A stretch of DNA of 64,000 nt from an uncultured Ardenticatenaceae bacterium (lineage in GTDB: Bacteria; Chloroflexota; Anaerolineae; Promineifilales; Promineifilaceae). Made by a program: the position numbers and the translations under genes. The notes below the pieces were generated by a model that was not told where the DNA came from, did no database searches, and was given only the letters and a program-made list of their open reading frames with translations. Below are positions 63,533-64,000 of the stretch, in pieces (position 1 is the first letter of the stretch; each line of letters begins with the position of its first letter). The stretch is from assembly GCA_964581605.1 (NCBI GenBank), contig CAZOPF010000001.1:45786-109785 (forward strand), given 5' to 3'.

Positions 63533-64000
63533 ATGGCCTCTCCCCCCTTCATCGTTGCTGCCCAAACAGAAGCCAAATTACCTGGCCACTCTGAGAATCA
63601 GGATTCAATTCACACCAGCCTCTACACAGCCGGGCAAACAGCCTGTGGCCTCTTTATGGTGGCTGATGGGGTAGGCGGCCATAAGGATGGCAATCTGGCA
63701 AGCCAGACGGCCGTTGCCACCATCCACCATGCCATGCAGCCCCTGTGGGAACAAATTCCGGCCGTTCCTGCCCAGGCCGCCCAATTCTTGCAATCCCATC
63801 TCTATCAGGCCATTGTGGCGGCCAACGAAAAAATCTTTGCCCAGGCCAAAGAACAAAATGTGCGCATGGCCAGTACCCTCACCTGTGCGCTGGTGTGCGG
63901 CACATTGGCTGTCATTGCCAACATTGGCGACAGCCGAACTTACCTCTACCGCAATCAGCAGCTAGAGCAAATTACAGTTGATCACTCGGTGGTGGATTGG
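63533..64000 (+). CDS. PP2C-family Ser/Thr protein phosphatase (3' end truncated by the window)
   Basis: I translated this manually from ATG 63533, which has AGGAG 7 nt upstream. It is open to the window end and is absent from the ORF track. Motifs SENQDS, FMVADGVGGH, IANIGDSRTYLY and TVDHS. Confidence 0.85.
   Translation, partial: MASPPFIVAAQTEAKLPGHSENQDSIHTSLYTAGQTACGLFMVADGVGGHKDGNLASQTAVATIHHAMQPLWEQIPAVPAQAAQFLQSHLYQAIVAANEKIFAQAKEQNVRMASTLTCALVCGTLAVIANIGDSRTYLYRNQQLEQITVDHSVVDW

Overview
This is a 64-kb GC-rich bacterial chromosomal window. Leaderless-looking starts, giant multi-GAF sensors, a short IF-2 and paired HlyD adaptors suggest a Chloroflexota-like organism, but that is inference only.

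Block 1 (23-30073, + strand): nine tightly spaced or overlapping genes, about 9,900 codons. Six are large PAS/GAF/HAMP sensor proteins of 427-2957 aa with no recognisable catalytic output domain. With them are a small STAS-like protein, one PAS/GAF histidine kinase and one single-domain receiver. The same module types recur across these proteins. All six output-less proteins end in the same ~45-aa tail.

Block 2 (30097-33288, - strand): a SAM-dependent methyltransferase, a stand-alone Cas4-like PD-(D/E)XK nuclease, and a TIR-domain protein with an N-terminal adaptor-like domain. The TIR gene has its own near-consensus promoter and an operator-like palindrome. This is a candidate conflict/defence locus.

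Block 3 (33.5-64 kb): housekeeping genes.
- An amino-acid ABC transporter with an internally duplicated binding protein.
- A nusA-ylxR-infB-rbfA-nrnA-truB-ribF operon.
- A metallophosphoesterase, a beta-carbonic anhydrase, rfbC plus a sulfotransferase, a DtxR/MntR-type regulator, a GH-A-like hydrolase and holB.
- A MacAB-like exporter with two HlyD adaptors.
- rpsA, infA, an acyl-CoA ligase, a lipoprotein and a PP2C phosphatase truncated at the window end.

I recognised no rRNA, tRNA, CRISPR array, transposase or integrase.

Two sequence-level signals run across the window:
- The palindromic octamer ACGGCCGT is massively over-represented. It occurs about once per 350-550 bp in three segments counted by eye, in all reading frames and on both strands.
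- Hairpins or tandem arrays built from 7-8-nt words fill most intercistronic spacers of the minus-strand operons.

All domain calls come from motif recognition by eye. No searches were run.
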